From: Eledone cirrhosa
Lineage: Eukaryota
DNA: 64,000 nt
Assembly: GCA_964016885.1 (NCBI GenBank)
Contig: OZ024744.1
Location: 71,920,001-71,984,000, forward strand
Direction of reading: 5' to 3'
Below the pieces are notes generated by a model. The model ran no database searches. It had not been told where the DNA came from and was given only the letters and a program-made list of their open reading frames with translations. Position numbers and translations under genes: made by a program. Shown here piece by piece: positions 19,598-33,104 of the stretch (positions within the stretch are counted from its first letter, which is position 1; each line of letters begins with the position of its first letter).

Positions 19598-22030
19598 CTT
19601 GAAGGGAAAGAAAGAGGCAACGACGTAATTCCTGATGCAGAACAGACTAAGACATTCTGAAGAGGAATATGGGAGCAGGATGTTGAACATAATAGTCAGG
19701 CTGTGTGGATTGAAACAGTTCAAAAGGAGATTAGTGAAGAAGCACACCAACAACCTGATTTGAGTATCACAGTTGAAACTCTTAAAGGGCAGGCCCAAAA
19801 ATTAACCAACAGGAAATCATCAGGCCCAGATGGTGTGCAAAGGTATTGGATTAAAAATATAACACCACTCCACCCGAAACTGACAACCATGTTCAATGAC
19901 TGCTTGATGTCAGGAGAAGTACCAGAGTGGTTGACAAAAGGTACCACAGTTCTGGTAATGAAAGACCGAATCAAGGGTAATGATGTTACCAACTATAGGC
20001 CTATCACATGTCTGTCCGTAATGTGGAAACTGTTAACAAGCATTGTGTCTGAGGAAATCTACCATCACCTCCTCATAAACAACTTGTTACCGGACGAACT
20101 GAAAGGATGCCGAAAGAAGTCCCGTGGTACAAAAGACCAGTTACTTATTGATAAGATGGTAATGAGGAATTGCAAGAGGAGGCACACTGGTCTTGCCATG
20201 GGATGGATAGATTACAAAATGGCATTCGACATGGTACCTCATTCTTGGATAACCAAAAGCCTAGAGATCTTCTAGGTGGAAGGTAACATCAGACAGTTGT
20301 TGCGCAAAAGTATGAAGTCCTGGGAAACAGAGTTAACATCAGGCGGAGAATCCTTGGGAGGTGTGAAGATCAAGAGAGGTATCTTCCAGGGAGATAGTTT
20401 GTCCCGTCTGTTGTTTCTCCTTGCCCTGATACCCTTGTCCGTTATATAGCGAAAAGTGAGAGCAGGACACAAGTTGGGAAGAGGAGAGCTTACCATCAAC
20501 CACCTCCTCTTCATGGACGATCTTAAACTCTTTGGGAAGAGTGAGAAGGAGTTGGATGTACTTGTTGACACTGTCCGTATTTTCAGCAATGATATATGTA
20601 TGCAATTTGGTATTAATAAGTGTGGAGTCCTAGTGATGAAGAGGGGGTAAATTGAGCAGAAGCAACGGAATCCAGGTACCAACAGGTGAGATGATAAAGG
20701 AAATTGACACTGAAGAGGGATACAAATATTTAGGTGTTCTGGAGGCAGATGACATCAAGAACAAAAAAATGAAGGAATTGATAAGATCTGAGTACATAAG
20801 AAGAGTAAGGAGCGTATTAAAATCACTTCTAAATAGTAGGAATGTCATAAGTGCAGTAAATTCCCGAGCTGTGTCTATTATTAGGTACAGTGCGGGAATT
20901 CTGAAATGGAATGTTGCTGAACAAAAAGAAATGGATAGGAAGACTCGGAAGCTATTGACTATCTACAACATGTTCCGCAAGAGGAGTGATGTCGATAGAC
21001 TCTACTTAAAGAGATCTGAAGGTGGAAGAGCTCTTATCAATGAGTACTGTGTTCAGATGGATAAAAATAACCTGCACAAATATGTGACTGACAGTAGGGA
21101 GCCAATGCTCAAAATTGTACTGAAGGAGAAGACAATAGACCAGGGGATGTCCAAGGAGGAAATAACAATAAGGAGAAAGAGCAACCTTCATGAAAAATCC
21201 CTTCTTTAAGAAAACTGAATTTAGAGATCCACAGACATGGAACTGGTTAACAAGAGGAGACCTTAAAAAGGCTACAGAAGAAATGCTAATGGCTGCGCAA
21301 GAGCAAGCCCTCAGAACGAAGTGAGTGAAACACCATATTGACAAGGAGGAGGCTAGCCCACTGTGTAGGATCTGTGGAGAGAGAGAGAGAGAGAGTAGAC
21401 TGTGGCTCACATTGTATCCGAGTGTAAACACCTAGCCCAGACTCACTATAAAGGCTGGATACATGATGTGATGGGCAGGGTGATCAACTGGCATATGTGC
21501 AAAGTAAACAATTTACCACATTCTGAGAAGTGGTATGAACATAAGCCAGAATCGGTGATAGAAAACGATCAGGTGAAGGTGTTGTGGGATTTTAGGATAC
21601 AGACGGACAAGAAATTAGAACACAATAGGCCTGACCTGGTGGTTTTGGACAAGGGAAAAAGATCGTGCCTGATTGTAGATGTAGCCTGCCCATTCAACAC
21701 GAGAGTGCAAGAGAAGGAGAGGGGGAAAATTAGCCGATACCAGGACTTAAAGTGGGAGGTAAAAAGGATTTGGAACTGCCAGGTGATCAAGGTCGTCCCG
21801 ATTGTCATAGGAGCACTAGGTACTATCTCAAAGAGTTTCCAAGAATGGTTAAAGAAAATTGGTCCAGCCCCACTTTTTGGAACACTTCAAAAGGAATGCT
21901 TGCTGGGAACAGCAAGAACCCTCCGATACGTCCTGAATATCTGAGGCTGTAGGTAGCGGCTTGATATCCGTTTCAACAAACCTTCCAGTTAAATAATATC
22001 AATGACTGAGACTCAAAGAACAATAATAAA
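19598..22030 (+). mobile_element. 5'-truncated R4/Dong-like RLE-type non-LTR retrotransposon (pseudogenised)
   Basis: Fragments give NYRPITCL, GCRKKSRGTKDQLLID, WIDYKMAFDMVPH, HLLFMDDLKL, YKYLGV, a C-terminal CCHC finger (CRIC...HIVSEC) and the RLE motif HNRPDLVV...IVDVACP. Preceded by (AAT)n; ends in caataataaa. Confidence 0.85.
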
Positions 22031-22775
22031 CAGAATATTCAGCCCAAGGTTAAACTGGGAACTATGTACTTTAAATTTGATGTATGAAATGTACAAAAAT
22101 ATGTATTTAAAAAATTGAACGTGCAAAAATACTGCATAGCCAGAAGCTAAGAAACCGAATCTCGATAAAATTAATTACAATTTAAATCTCTTTTTAAAAT
22201 GGGCTATACCACATATGCAACATGTAAAATTGTCAAATAAATTAAGTCGATATAAAGGAAGTGTAGAATTCAAATAAATTAAAAGATGACATACGGAAAC
22301 AAATCTTAATTGAAAAATTCCATCTTAGTTGAAGAAACAATTAAATCCTAGCATTAATTGTAAGCATGTCTCAGAGAACAAGGGAGATAAATACTTAAAC
22401 TTATAAATCAATTTCTCAAAATTAAATTACATGCATCTGATCTTTATTTGTGGTGAAGGGGAGGGTTATAATCATGTTTTGATCTTATTAATTCTAATAG
22501 ACAGAGCATATCCTTCTCAAACCTGCTTTGATCATTTGATAGCAGTTTACTCATAGGAATAGAGTTGCGAAGACATTTTGCTCGTAATAATTAGCACAAT
22601 TAAAAATTAGAAAGAACAAATGCATGAATCTGGTTAAATGTGATGTAAGAGCATGCGACAGTATATAATCCAATCTGTGTATATTTTTTTATTCTGTCAT
22701 CCTTAATTGTGTCGCATTCACACTTCCATATTAAAAAGCGCATCCCTCCTCCAATTCAATATGTCTCGTTTTTCC

Positions 22776-23100
22776 GGTGTCCTTGGCCCTATGGCCACCT
22801 CCCTGCTCACCACCATCGGCACAGAGTTGGCTACAGGCAGATGTTAGCCTTACGAGATGGAATGGCTCTTTCAGCACGTCTCCCTCACCATCCTCCGGGA
22901 AACGCGTTTTCTATTCTGTCCGCTGGGGCTGAGAGGCGACCAGTCCGCCGCGACCGTGGGGCGGCCAGCGCGTGGGCTCCCATTTGCTCACAATAGTGAG
23001 AGGTGGTGAGAGCGAGAGAGATAGAATTAGTGACAGTGGGAGTTTGGTTCTTTTGTGTTCGGACCTGGTGTATATGTGTGAGTATACAAGAGAGAATGAA
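22776..23100 (+). mobile_element. 3' relic of a CRE-clade (RLE) non-LTR retrotransposon
   Basis: Manual translation from 22776: GVLGPMATSLLTTIGTELATGRC*PYEMEWLFQHVSLTILR/GNAFSILSAG, resembling the CRE C-terminal pattern GxxG...LFQRxSxxxxRGNAxxI. The 3' boundary is approximate. Confidence 0.55.
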
Positions 23101-23594
23101 GCTGATTGGTTATTAGCCTCAACTGAGATTTACTCACTGTAGCTAGCAAATCAAATAATGTTATGTACCTACAGTTATGACGTTAAAGTCAACTGCTGCG
23201 AAATCAACAGCAATGGTTTTAAAAAATGCATATCTCTTTTAGTTTAAATTATGATATTCTGCTTAAGGTATTGGTGGGAATTTGGAGTAGCAATATAATT
23301 CTATTTTCCTTATGTCTAAGCTTCTCTTAAGAATTGTAAAGTCTGGCATGCATTGTAAAGTCACAAAAGTCAATTGATCAATACAATGTGTCAAAGATAA
23401 AATTTTCATGAATGTCTTTGATGTGCAATCATAGTATATATAGTCAGATGTAAATGTAGATATTTTCTCAAGATTACGTTACGAAATACAAATTAAAAAT
23501 ACTTGTAGAAATAGTTTTGATATTTCGTACAGTATGTAGATTGAATCAATTTTAACTTTTCTTTTATATATATATATTTTTTTTTCTCTTGGAG

Positions 23595-23815
23595 ATATTT
23601 GAGTGAAGAACGCATGTGTGTAGAAGATATCAGTTTCAGAATGCAGATTCAGAAGAAAAGAATCCTTTGCAACATATGGTGTAGAACCTCAATATAGCAT
23701 TTGAAAGATGAAAGTCAGTGATGTGATGCAAGAAATAGATTACATCACTAGAACGCAGACAGATAATATTTTGAGAGCAGCTGAGAATAAGAGCGAAGAG
23801 GGTTCAAGGAAACAA
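23595..23815 (+). other. Candidate host exon
   Basis: Polypyrimidine tract + AG before, GTAAGT after; ATG 23708 reads 36 open codons to the donor. No homology recognised. Confidence 0.25.
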
Positions 23816-24060
23816 GTAAGTTAGTAATATAGTATAAGAAAATCCATTTAATATCCAAGTAAGTTGTTCAGGGTGTTGTTTTTGATGTTCTTGCTCACCG
23901 CCCGCTCTATCTCATTCAAGTACACGTAGAAAGATTGCATTCCTCATGAGCCTTTTGTCTTTTCTTCAGAGTACATCACCATTATCTATTTCTGTGTATT
24001 GGGTTAACTTGGTCTTAGGAATCATAATGAGTTAACAATTATTAATTATTAGAAGTGCTA

Positions 24061-24286
24061 GGGCGGTGGATTGGCAGTATCGGTAGAGAGTCGGACAACA
24101 TGCTTTGCAGCATAGAATTACTGTGCTTTACCGTCTGAGTTCAAATCCCACCGAGGTTAACTTTGTCTTTCATCCTTACGAGATCGATAAAATAAAGTAC
24201 CAGTAACGTAGTGGGGTCGATTTAATCGACTTTCCGCTCCCACCAAATTACTGGCCTTGTGCCTATACTAGAAATCATTAATTATT
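24061..24286 (+). mobile_element. tRNA-derived SINE (cephalopod-type)
   Basis: A-box-like tggcagtatcgg, B-box gagttcaaatccc, ATT-type tail; multiple homologous copies in the window. Confidence 0.85.
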
Positions 24287-24484
24287 GGCAGTGTTGCTAT
24301 TTCTAGCCGTCAAATGAATTCACACTACTACATATATTTATCATCTAGGTTGCTTTGATCTAGACCAGTGGTTCTCAACATTTTTATTGCCAATGGCACA
24401 CCTTGGAACACATGAACAAATAGCGGCATACCTGGCTAAATATATATGAAAAATATTTGAATTTTACAGAATAAAAACATGGCA

Positions 24485-25989
24485 AGTCATAGACGGCATA
24501 CAACCATAGACACAGACAAGTCATAGACGGCATACAACCGTAGACACAGACTAGTCATAGACGGCACACAACCGTAGACACAGACAAGTCATAGATGGCA
24601 TACAACCGTAGACACAGACAAGTCATAGACGGCATACAACCGTAGACACAGACTAGTCATAGACGGCATACAACCGTAGACACAGACTAGTCATAGACGG
24701 CATACAACCGTAGACACAGACAAGTCATAGATGGCATACAACCGTAGACACAGACTAGTCATAGACGGCATACAACCGTAGACACAGACTAGTCATAGAC
24801 GGCATACAACCGTAGACACAGACAAGTCATAGACGGCATACAACCGTAGACACAGACTAGTCATAGACGGCATACAACCGTAGACACAGACTAGTCATAG
24901 ACGGCATACAACCGTAGACACAGACTAGTCATAGACAGCATACAACCGTAGACACAGACTAGTCATAGACGGCATACAACCGTAGACACAGACTAGTCAT
25001 AGACGGCATACAACCGTAGACACAGACTAGTCATAGACGGCATACAACCGTAGACACAGACTAGTCATAGACAGCATACAACCGTAGATACAGACTAGTC
25101 ATAGACGGCATACAACCGTAGACACAGACTAGTCATAGACGGCATACAACCGTAGACACAGACTAGTCATAGACGGCATACAACCATAGACACAGACTAG
25201 TCATAGACTGCATACAACCGTAGACACAGACTAGTCATAGACAGCATACAACCGTAGACACAGACTAGTCATAGACGGCATACAACCGTAGACACAGACT
25301 AGTCATAGACGACATACAACCGTAGACACAGACTAGTCATAGACGGCATACAACCGTAGACACAGACTAGTCATAGACGGCATACAACCGTAGACACAGA
25401 CTAGTCATAGATGGCATACAACCGTAGACACAGACAAGTCATAGACGGCATACAACCGTAGACACAGACTAGTCATAGATGGCATACAACCGTAGACACA
25501 GACTAGTCATAGACGGCATACAACCGTAGACACAGACTAGTCATAGACGGCATACAACCGTAGACACAGACAAGTCATAGATGGCATACAACCGTAGACA
25601 CAGACTAGTCATAGACGGCATACAACCGTAGACACAGACTAGTCATAGACGGCATACAACCGTAGACACAGACTAGTCATAGACGGCATACAACCGTAGA
25701 CACAGACTAGTCATAGACGGCATACAACCGTAGACACAGACTAGTCATAGACGGCATACAACCGTAGACACAGACAAGTCATAGATGGCATACAACCGTA
25801 GATACAGACTAGTCATAGACGGCATACAACCGTAGACACAGACTAGTCATAGACGGCATACAACCGTAGACACAGACTAGTCATAGACGGCATACAACCG
25901 TAGACACAGACTAGTCATAGACGGCATACAACCGTAGACACAGACAAGTCATAGACGGCATACAACCGTAGACACAGACTAGTCATAGA
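24485..25989. repeat. 34-bp minisatellite, ~44 copies (AGTCATAGACGGCATACAACCGTAGACACAGACT)
   Basis: Read directly; few point variants, no spacers. Confidence 0.97.
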
Positions 25990-26089
25990 ACCATAGAATG
26001 ACTCAAACTAAATAAAGAAACACACAGCTATGTACTTACTTTATTGCAGTGTTTGGAATTTCATCAGTCAAATAGTTGGCTTCTTTATT

Positions 26090-27900
26090 GAGAAATTTGT
26101 GCCTGGCTTTTATTCATAATTTCCTCAGTATTTGGTCAAATATGAGACAGACACACCCTTGTGTCTTCTTCCATTGTACGTAATCTCTCACGCTTCTTGT
26201 TGTTGATGTTGTTTAATGTTTTAAGAAGCCTAATTCACATATATAAGAAGTTGAAATTTGTAATAAAATTGCTAAAGCTCTTTTACATAATATAAGATAC
26301 TCCTCTTGAATTGAAATCCAAAATGAATCAATGGGCAGAGTCGAATGTTTTAATTTTAACCCTCGGTCACTAGAAAGGATGGCCAATTCTTCATCTTCAA
26401 TGTTGGAAGGATGATTTATGAAAGGATCTCTAATCCAATCATACTTTTCTGTCTTTAATGACGGAAAGTAATTGTTGATGCTTTCGTCCAGGGCTGTCAG
26501 ATGAGTAACCACAATAGGGATCATTTCTCTAATGCAGGCAGAATGCAATAAAGGGACCATATCAAGATTGCCAGTGATTGCTCTTTTTTTCCAAATCACA
26601 ATTTTCTTTTTTGAGGGCAACTAACTTGTCTGTTGAAGTGAGAATATTTTCGTTTTTACCTTGCATACTACTGTTTGTTTTATTTAGTTCACTAAATATT
26701 TCTGTTAGGTATTTCATTTTAGACATCCAAAATTCGCAACTAAGTTATTCACAGAATTTCTCCTGCTTTTCCTGGAGAATAAATGATAATAATTCCTTGT
26801 GCAGGTCGTGAACACGATTTAGTACTTTGCCTTTCGACAGCCAGCGAATCTCAGTGTGTATTAATAACTTAACATGCTGAGAGTCCATCTCTTTGCACAG
26901 TTGTTCCAATAATCGTGACTTCAATGGCCTACTTTTTATATAATTGACCATTCCACCAACTTGATGTAACACAACCTTTAAATCTTCCTGCGATATTTTT
27001 GAAACAAAAATTTCTCTATGTAGAAAGCAATGAGTACGAATGAGATTTGGATTTTCTTTTTCTACGAGGGATACAAATCTGTACATACATGGGGCTCCAT
27101 CTGTGCAAATGCCAACACAGGACTTCCAAGACAAATTCATTTCTTTGAGGTAGCCTGTTATCAAATCAAAAATATCTTGACCTATTGTAGTTGTGGACAT
27201 TTCTTTACAGCACAAAAATTGATTGATTATTTCATTCTCGTCAATAAAACGTACAAATGCAAGCAATTTTTATTATTGCAAGACTTTTGTTATTGATATC
27301 ACGGTTAAAGCAAAATTAGAATTCTTAAGCTTTCGCTGAACATGGTCTTCAATATCTTTCGATATATCTAGGATTCTTCTACGTATTGTATCATTTGAAA
27401 GCGGGATATTGTTCAATTCCTTCTCAGCCTTTTCACTAAACATGGATTTTACCATCTTTTTGCAAGCTGGGAGGATGACTGACTCAGCAAGCGTGTGGGA
27501 TCTAGATTTCAATGCTATTTTTTTCAGCCACCTGAATTGACGCTAGTTGGGCTCGTTTAGACACAGTGATTATTTAAAAAAAATAACTTCGCTGTTTTGA
27601 TTTCTGCTCTAACAGTCTTTGAAAGTAATCAAGCTTGTTATCTTTCAGAGATGAATGTTTTGAATTAAAATGTATTTCTAACTTACTTGGTACCATGGAT
27701 TCATTTGATATTGTTTCACCGCACACTACGCATGATGGGGTTGGTTTGTTAACGTCACCAGACCAATAAAATCCAAATTTCAAATAATTTTCACAATATC
27801 GTCGATTAATGTTTCTCTTTTTGTCAATAGAGGTTGATGGTTGTTCGCATCTGGACTTAAACTCGTCCCTAATACCTTTTCTTTTCAAATATTTATCCAT
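26090..27900 (-). pseudogene. Degenerate Buster/ZBED5-like transposase
   Basis: BED finger PSCVVCGETISNESMVPSKLEIHFNSKH; motifs IPLSNDTIRRRI, GICTDGAP, THCFLHRE, HTEIRWLSKG, STSYICELGF; many frameshifts and stops. Confidence 0.9.
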
Positions 27901-30429
27901 TGTGAAGGGTAATGAAATATCAATATGACAGTTTGGGGTAGGATTGTCTATATTGAGATGACAGTGTATTTCAGTCCCACAAAACAATAAAAATATGTCT
28001 TCCTACGTAAAATTGATGTTTTATGAGACCATTTCTGGAAATCATCAATTTTCGATGTATTACACACAAAAATAGTCAATGTTTGAGCACTGACAACACA
28101 TCGTAAATCCGCCACTTTTGCTATGTTCCACACACCAGTAGAGAGCTACAGACCTCTACTATACCCTCATTAGCATAAGGTGATGAAATACTGAAACTCT
28201 CCGGTGTAAAAAGCCAGAAAATCGACCCATATTGAACAAGCAAATGCACATCGAGCTTCCTTTTCGGCTACACTCAGCGAATGGCGCCCGCTGATTGGTC
28301 CAGCACATCACGAACCACGCCTTCCCCCATCACAATGTAAACATTGCGGCCAAACTCACTCTTCCTGTGGGATAATCCACCAGAAAATTAGGAAATTATG
28401 CCATATAGAGATGAAGCAAAACAATATATGTAAGGGAAGCTAATATGGACTCATTAAGTAGCATGAACCAGAGCATTCTGAGCTAAATCATCGGAATCAT
28501 CCATAGATTGTTCCGAAACAGAGGTAGAAGCTGACATTTGTGTTTCTAATCTTTACAAGCAATTTTCTCAAAATGGGTACTTTTCAACATTTCAAAGCTT
28601 TTTCCAGAAAATCTACTCGATATATTTGCTTGAAATTTTGAGGAGACCTTCCTTATAATAGTTGCTTCATCGTGAGAGAAGACGTTTTTAAATTCTGCCT
28701 TGAAAAAATGTTATAGTCACTTTTATTTTTAAAAATGCGATTTTTTTTTCAGTTTTTTTTTTTCCAAAATATCAAAAAAAGGCTTGTTACCATACAATGA
28801 CTGATTTTCTGATTCTAAAAATGTAAAACTCATTTTCATAGCTTATTTGGATTTTCTCAAAAGAAACCTGAAAACCATTTTTGGTCATATCTCAGCAAAA
28901 ATTAGGACTAGATGAAAATGGAATATATCATTTGTCTCAGTTTTAGAGGTAGATTCTACCATAAAAGTGAAAAAAAGATGCATGATATAATAATTTTTTT
29001 TCTTCCGGGGTTCCCCACCTTAAGAGAAGTATAGACTAATATCCATTCATATGATCAATACTAATGACGAAAGAAACAATAAAAGATATAGAATTTTTAA
29101 CATTGCGACATTTGGAAACATTTCACTCATCCCTAAATGAACAAAGCTATGTGGTGCAACATGTTACACCACAGACTGTGAATACTCAATTTGGATCACG
29201 TGGTTTTTTCCTATTTTCTTAGTGTGCCGTTCAAAATTTCGCGGCACACTGGTTGAGAATCACTGATCTAGAGAGAAAATAGGTAAAAAGAACAAAAGGA
29301 AGAAAAGAGGTAAAGAGATAAAGACAGGATGAGAGACAGACAGAAAGTGTTGAATATCTTTATAATTGTTTCTACCTTTGGCACAAGGCCAGCAATTATC
29401 CCTGTGCATTACTGGTACTATAATTCGATAGCATGTATTAAACATACGTATAGACATTATGTAAGTATTTAAGCGGTCACAGCTACTTTAGCAAGCAAAG
29501 TAAGAACGGAGGATGCATTTTAAAGTCTTTACATAATGCCAGTGCGCGTTTACTTTCCATGATTGCTGAAGTGGTTGCGATATGTCCGTAGCTTCAATTC
29601 TCAGAGCAAGTGTCACTAGCTGAATTACCCGGCGTTGTCCGGGTTACTGCTGTTCTTATTCAGAATAATAAACAATAAATATGAAGATATGATTTTTTTC
29701 CTCATAATTATTTCAAAAACATCTATATTTTATTTTGTTTAAATATCAAAATTGTGGTGATAATAGAATTTAGAAATGAAAATCTGTCAATCTTGAAGCA
29801 CCTTAGGGTAAACAATATTCATTGTGTCATTTTTTTGTTGGTGTCCAAATGAAGAAATTGATGCTACACACTCACACATATACACTCTCACATAAACTCA
29901 CATACATATACTAAGACAGACATACATTCAAGCAGACACACGCATAGCTTTCACCTCATTTTTTTGTCAGTCGCTACATATGTATATGTATGTGTAGATA
30001 TGTGTGTGTGTTTAATAACGTACTTAACGAACGCGCAAACACACACACACTCACAGACACATACATATTCATATACAAAATGTGACGTCACTCTGTAGTT
30101 TTCTATTGTTTTAATCCAAATGAAAATAAAAATTATCACACATACACTCTTACACACATACACTCTCACACACATACACTCTCACATACACTCACACACA
30201 CATACACTCACACACACATACAGTCTCACATACACTTACACAAACTCTCACACACACTCACATACATATGCTAAGACAGACACACACACATACATTCACG
30301 CACACCTATTACTTGTCTGTCAACACATATGTTTCTGCATGTGTAGATGTGTGTGTGTTTAATTGTCTGTGTGAAGATAATGTGTATGCTATATGTATGT
30401 GTAGATGTGTTTGTGTGGTTAATTCTTGA

Positions 30430-30715
30430 GGCCTAACGTAGTAACGAACTCGCAAACACACACACACTCAAAGACACACACTGATATACAAAAGGTGACG
30501 TCGTGGTCGTGGTTTACTATAGCCGACTATAGAAATATTATTTTAGATAAAATATATTGTTTTAATCCAAATGAAAATAAAAATTACATCTTGACACTCC
30601 TAGGGTCTAATACAGGTTGCCTTGTAAAATTTGATTTGATTTGGTCGAGCCGTTTGGGAATGCGTAGGAACAGACAGACATACAGAGAGACACAGAATTT
30701 TATATATAGAGAGAT
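30430..30715 (+). mobile_element. Possible non-autonomous Helitron/HINE-like 3' end
   Basis: aaatttgatttgatttggtcgagccgtttggg...acagacagaca...attttatatatag is typical of such elements; the upstream part is duplicated at about 29985-30135. Confidence 0.4.
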
Positions 30716-31149
30716 AAACATATTTAAGTAATTGATGTAAATATATTCAATTGATGTAAATATATTCAACAAAACTAGTGTCTTGGAGTAAATGTCTGCT
30801 GAAGATGGATAAAATTCCTGAAACATATCTTACACTGATTACTGAGGTATATGTGATATGATCACTGGTTAAAATATATAAAGTATGCCCAGAGGGCTGG
30901 CAGCAGTTGACAACATTTCAGATAAGAAGGCTCCCCCCTCACACACACACACCCGTTTTCATTTCAGCCATGACTGCAGCATTGTCAAAGAGAGGATTTG
31001 GGGAAAGACGAGTTTGACAAACGGCCAGCGTACCTGTTCACCGCCAAGGAAACATTAAATGGAGATTTTGCAGACACCGTGCATGTCTGCATATCATCGG
31101 CCATGGGACACCTAGATCTCCGAAAGCAAACAGGTAAGAATTAACAAGA

Positions 31150-32388
31150 AATTAAACGCAATAGAATCCCCTAATAGAAAGGAGCCACATCCATGGATAG
31201 TTTAGGAGCCCAACAAATCAGAAACTACCAGGATCATCAAGAGAATAATAGGAAGATGCACCTCTCCCTCTGAACTCTCCAACCTACAGACAAATGTTTT
31301 GAGTAGGCTCATTCACTCGGGCCATGCTCACTACATCCCCAATCTTTTAACAAATATATGGGAGGGAGGGGGGCTGCAACACTGACTTCTCCACTCTCAC
31401 CTTCGTTTACAAATGGAACTTGAAAATGTCGATAAGGGCATGACCGATGAAGCATATTCCTGTCTTCAGTCCTTTCAGTTTCGCGCACCATGCAACTTCT
31501 TTCGCCATAATAACCACAGAGAGGAAAGCAACTGCTTGCCCTTTCCGGTCAAAAGAAGGTGGCGGGATGAGCTTCAAGGTGGAGTCAACCAATAGATGGG
31601 ACACCAGCTGTTCAATAAAACTCCACAAGTTAGCAATGAATGGGCACTAAATGAGTAAGTGCAAAATGATTTCATCGCTCTGCACGCATTTCGGACGAGT
31701 TCGTCTGACAGCAATTCCTTGCCTGCAGAGTTTCTCTCGAACCGGCATTGCTCCCAGGTAGCAATGCCATACCAGGGTTTTCTGGAAACTATTCCTAGTC
31801 CCCAGGCTTAGTTCAATCAGATCGATACCTAGAATTTCCGGAGAACGTTGTCACTCTTGTCCACTTCTACAGAAGGTTAACGTGGAGTTTTCACTGAGTG
31901 CATTTCCCGGTTAGTAGAGGTCTAGGAGTGCATGACAACATTTCAGATGCTAGGTGCCCAGTCAAGGTATTTGCTTGAACAAATACTGCAGTTCAGTCAA
32001 AGAATCGAGCTGTGAAAAAGACGCACCAGACAAATTGCGACGACATATGTTCTTGATCTAGGAACCGTTGCAAATGCCGTGGCCATCGCACATCAATAGG
32101 TACGATATACGCGAATATAGTAGTGGCAGTAGACAAGCCACCTCCCCAATGAAAGTTAAAGATCATACTCTCCAATCCGGTGAGACGAAAGCTGAAGCAA
32201 TGGACGGTGGCCAAGCGGTAATATACAACGGTGGCAATATACGTGTTCTCCATCTCCACCTTTGCATGACCATTAAGAGACAGCTTTCTCTCTGCCCATT
32301 TCTGGGTGAGTATGACTAACCTACTTGTTACCTCATCCCAGTTCCTCTCCAGGTGGAGATCCGGGCCCAACCAGACTCCGATCAATTC
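31150..32388 (-). mobile_element. Old 5'-truncated Tx1/L1 LINE relic, related family
   Basis: ORF fragments GVWLGPDLHLERNWDEVTSRLVILTQKWAERKLSL and PPPSFDRKGQAV...IFKFHL match the ORF2 C-terminal half. Confidence 0.88.
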
Positions 32389-32390
32389 CG

Positions 32391-32730
32391 CATATTACCA
32401 GCCAATGTTTAAAGCTGGCACAGACAGAATACAAGCGACGCCGTGATAACGTAGCAAAGATCATTCATTGGCAGTTGTGAGGAAAGTACAACCTCGAAAG
32501 AACAAGCCAGTTGTATGAGCACAAACCAGAAGGTGTTATAGAAAATTACTATATCAAGATTCTATAGGACTTGATGGTCCAATATTATCATGAAATTGAA
32601 CACCGAAAACCAGATATTGTGGTAATCAACAAAGTTAACAAACAATATAGATTCAGGATGCGGCTTGTCCTTCTGATAATTAGGTTTGTGACAAAGAATT
32701 GAAGAAGGGGAAGAGATATGAACTATTAGC
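32391..32730 (+). mobile_element. R4/Dong-like LINE 3' relic
   Basis: Manual translation HITSQCLKLAQTEYKRRRDNVAKIIHWQL*...YEHKPEGVIEN...EHRKPDIVVINK is homologous to 21402-21944. Confidence 0.75.
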
Positions 32731-32891
32731 ACTCAAACATAAACACACAGTCACATGTTGAAAACTGAAACTTCTGTATTATTTTACGACTCTAATAGCT
32801 ACATGAAGTATCACCTCGTAACACTGACGAGCTTGCTGTCTTTTGACATTCTGGGTATTATTTGGGAGCAGCTCGTACAAAGGCAAAAGGT

Positions 32892-33104
32892 TAATGATTT
32901 TTATTATAGGCACAAGGCTAGCAATTTGGAGGGAGGGGAAAGTTGATGAAATCGACCCCAGTGGTGCTTTAATTTATCGACCCCATAAGAATGAAAGGCA
33001 AAGCTAACCTCGGCGGGATATGAACTCAGAACATAAAGGGCCATAACTCTATAGTACAAATCATTGTGTCTAACGCTCTATTGATACTGCCAATCCAAAG
33101 CCCT
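32892..33104 (-). mobile_element. tRNA-derived SINE
   Basis: Reverse-complement homologue of 24061-24286. Confidence 0.82.

Larger units (their letters stand above)
24366..29265 (-). mobile_element. hAT (Buster/Charlie-type) DNA transposon
   Basis: TIRs CAGTGGTTCTCAAC (24366) and GTTGAGAATCACTG (to 29265); 8-bp TSD ATCTAGAC/ATCTAGAG with central TA; transposase remnants inside. Confidence 0.92.

Noticed and set aside
24061-24160. tRNA gene
   Set aside because: The A/B boxes belong to a multi-copy SINE head; no complete cloverleaf.
24485-25989. CRISPR-like array (34-bp periodicity)
   Set aside because: Units are contiguous with no unique spacers, no cas genes, eukaryotic context.
27990-29024. 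Possible nested TTAA-type DNA transposon within the hAT (right end ccaccttaa)
   Set aside because: No matching left terminus or TSD found by eye.
30799-30840. CTGAAGA...GAAA hammerhead-like motif
   Set aside because: No stem I partner and no clear stem III.
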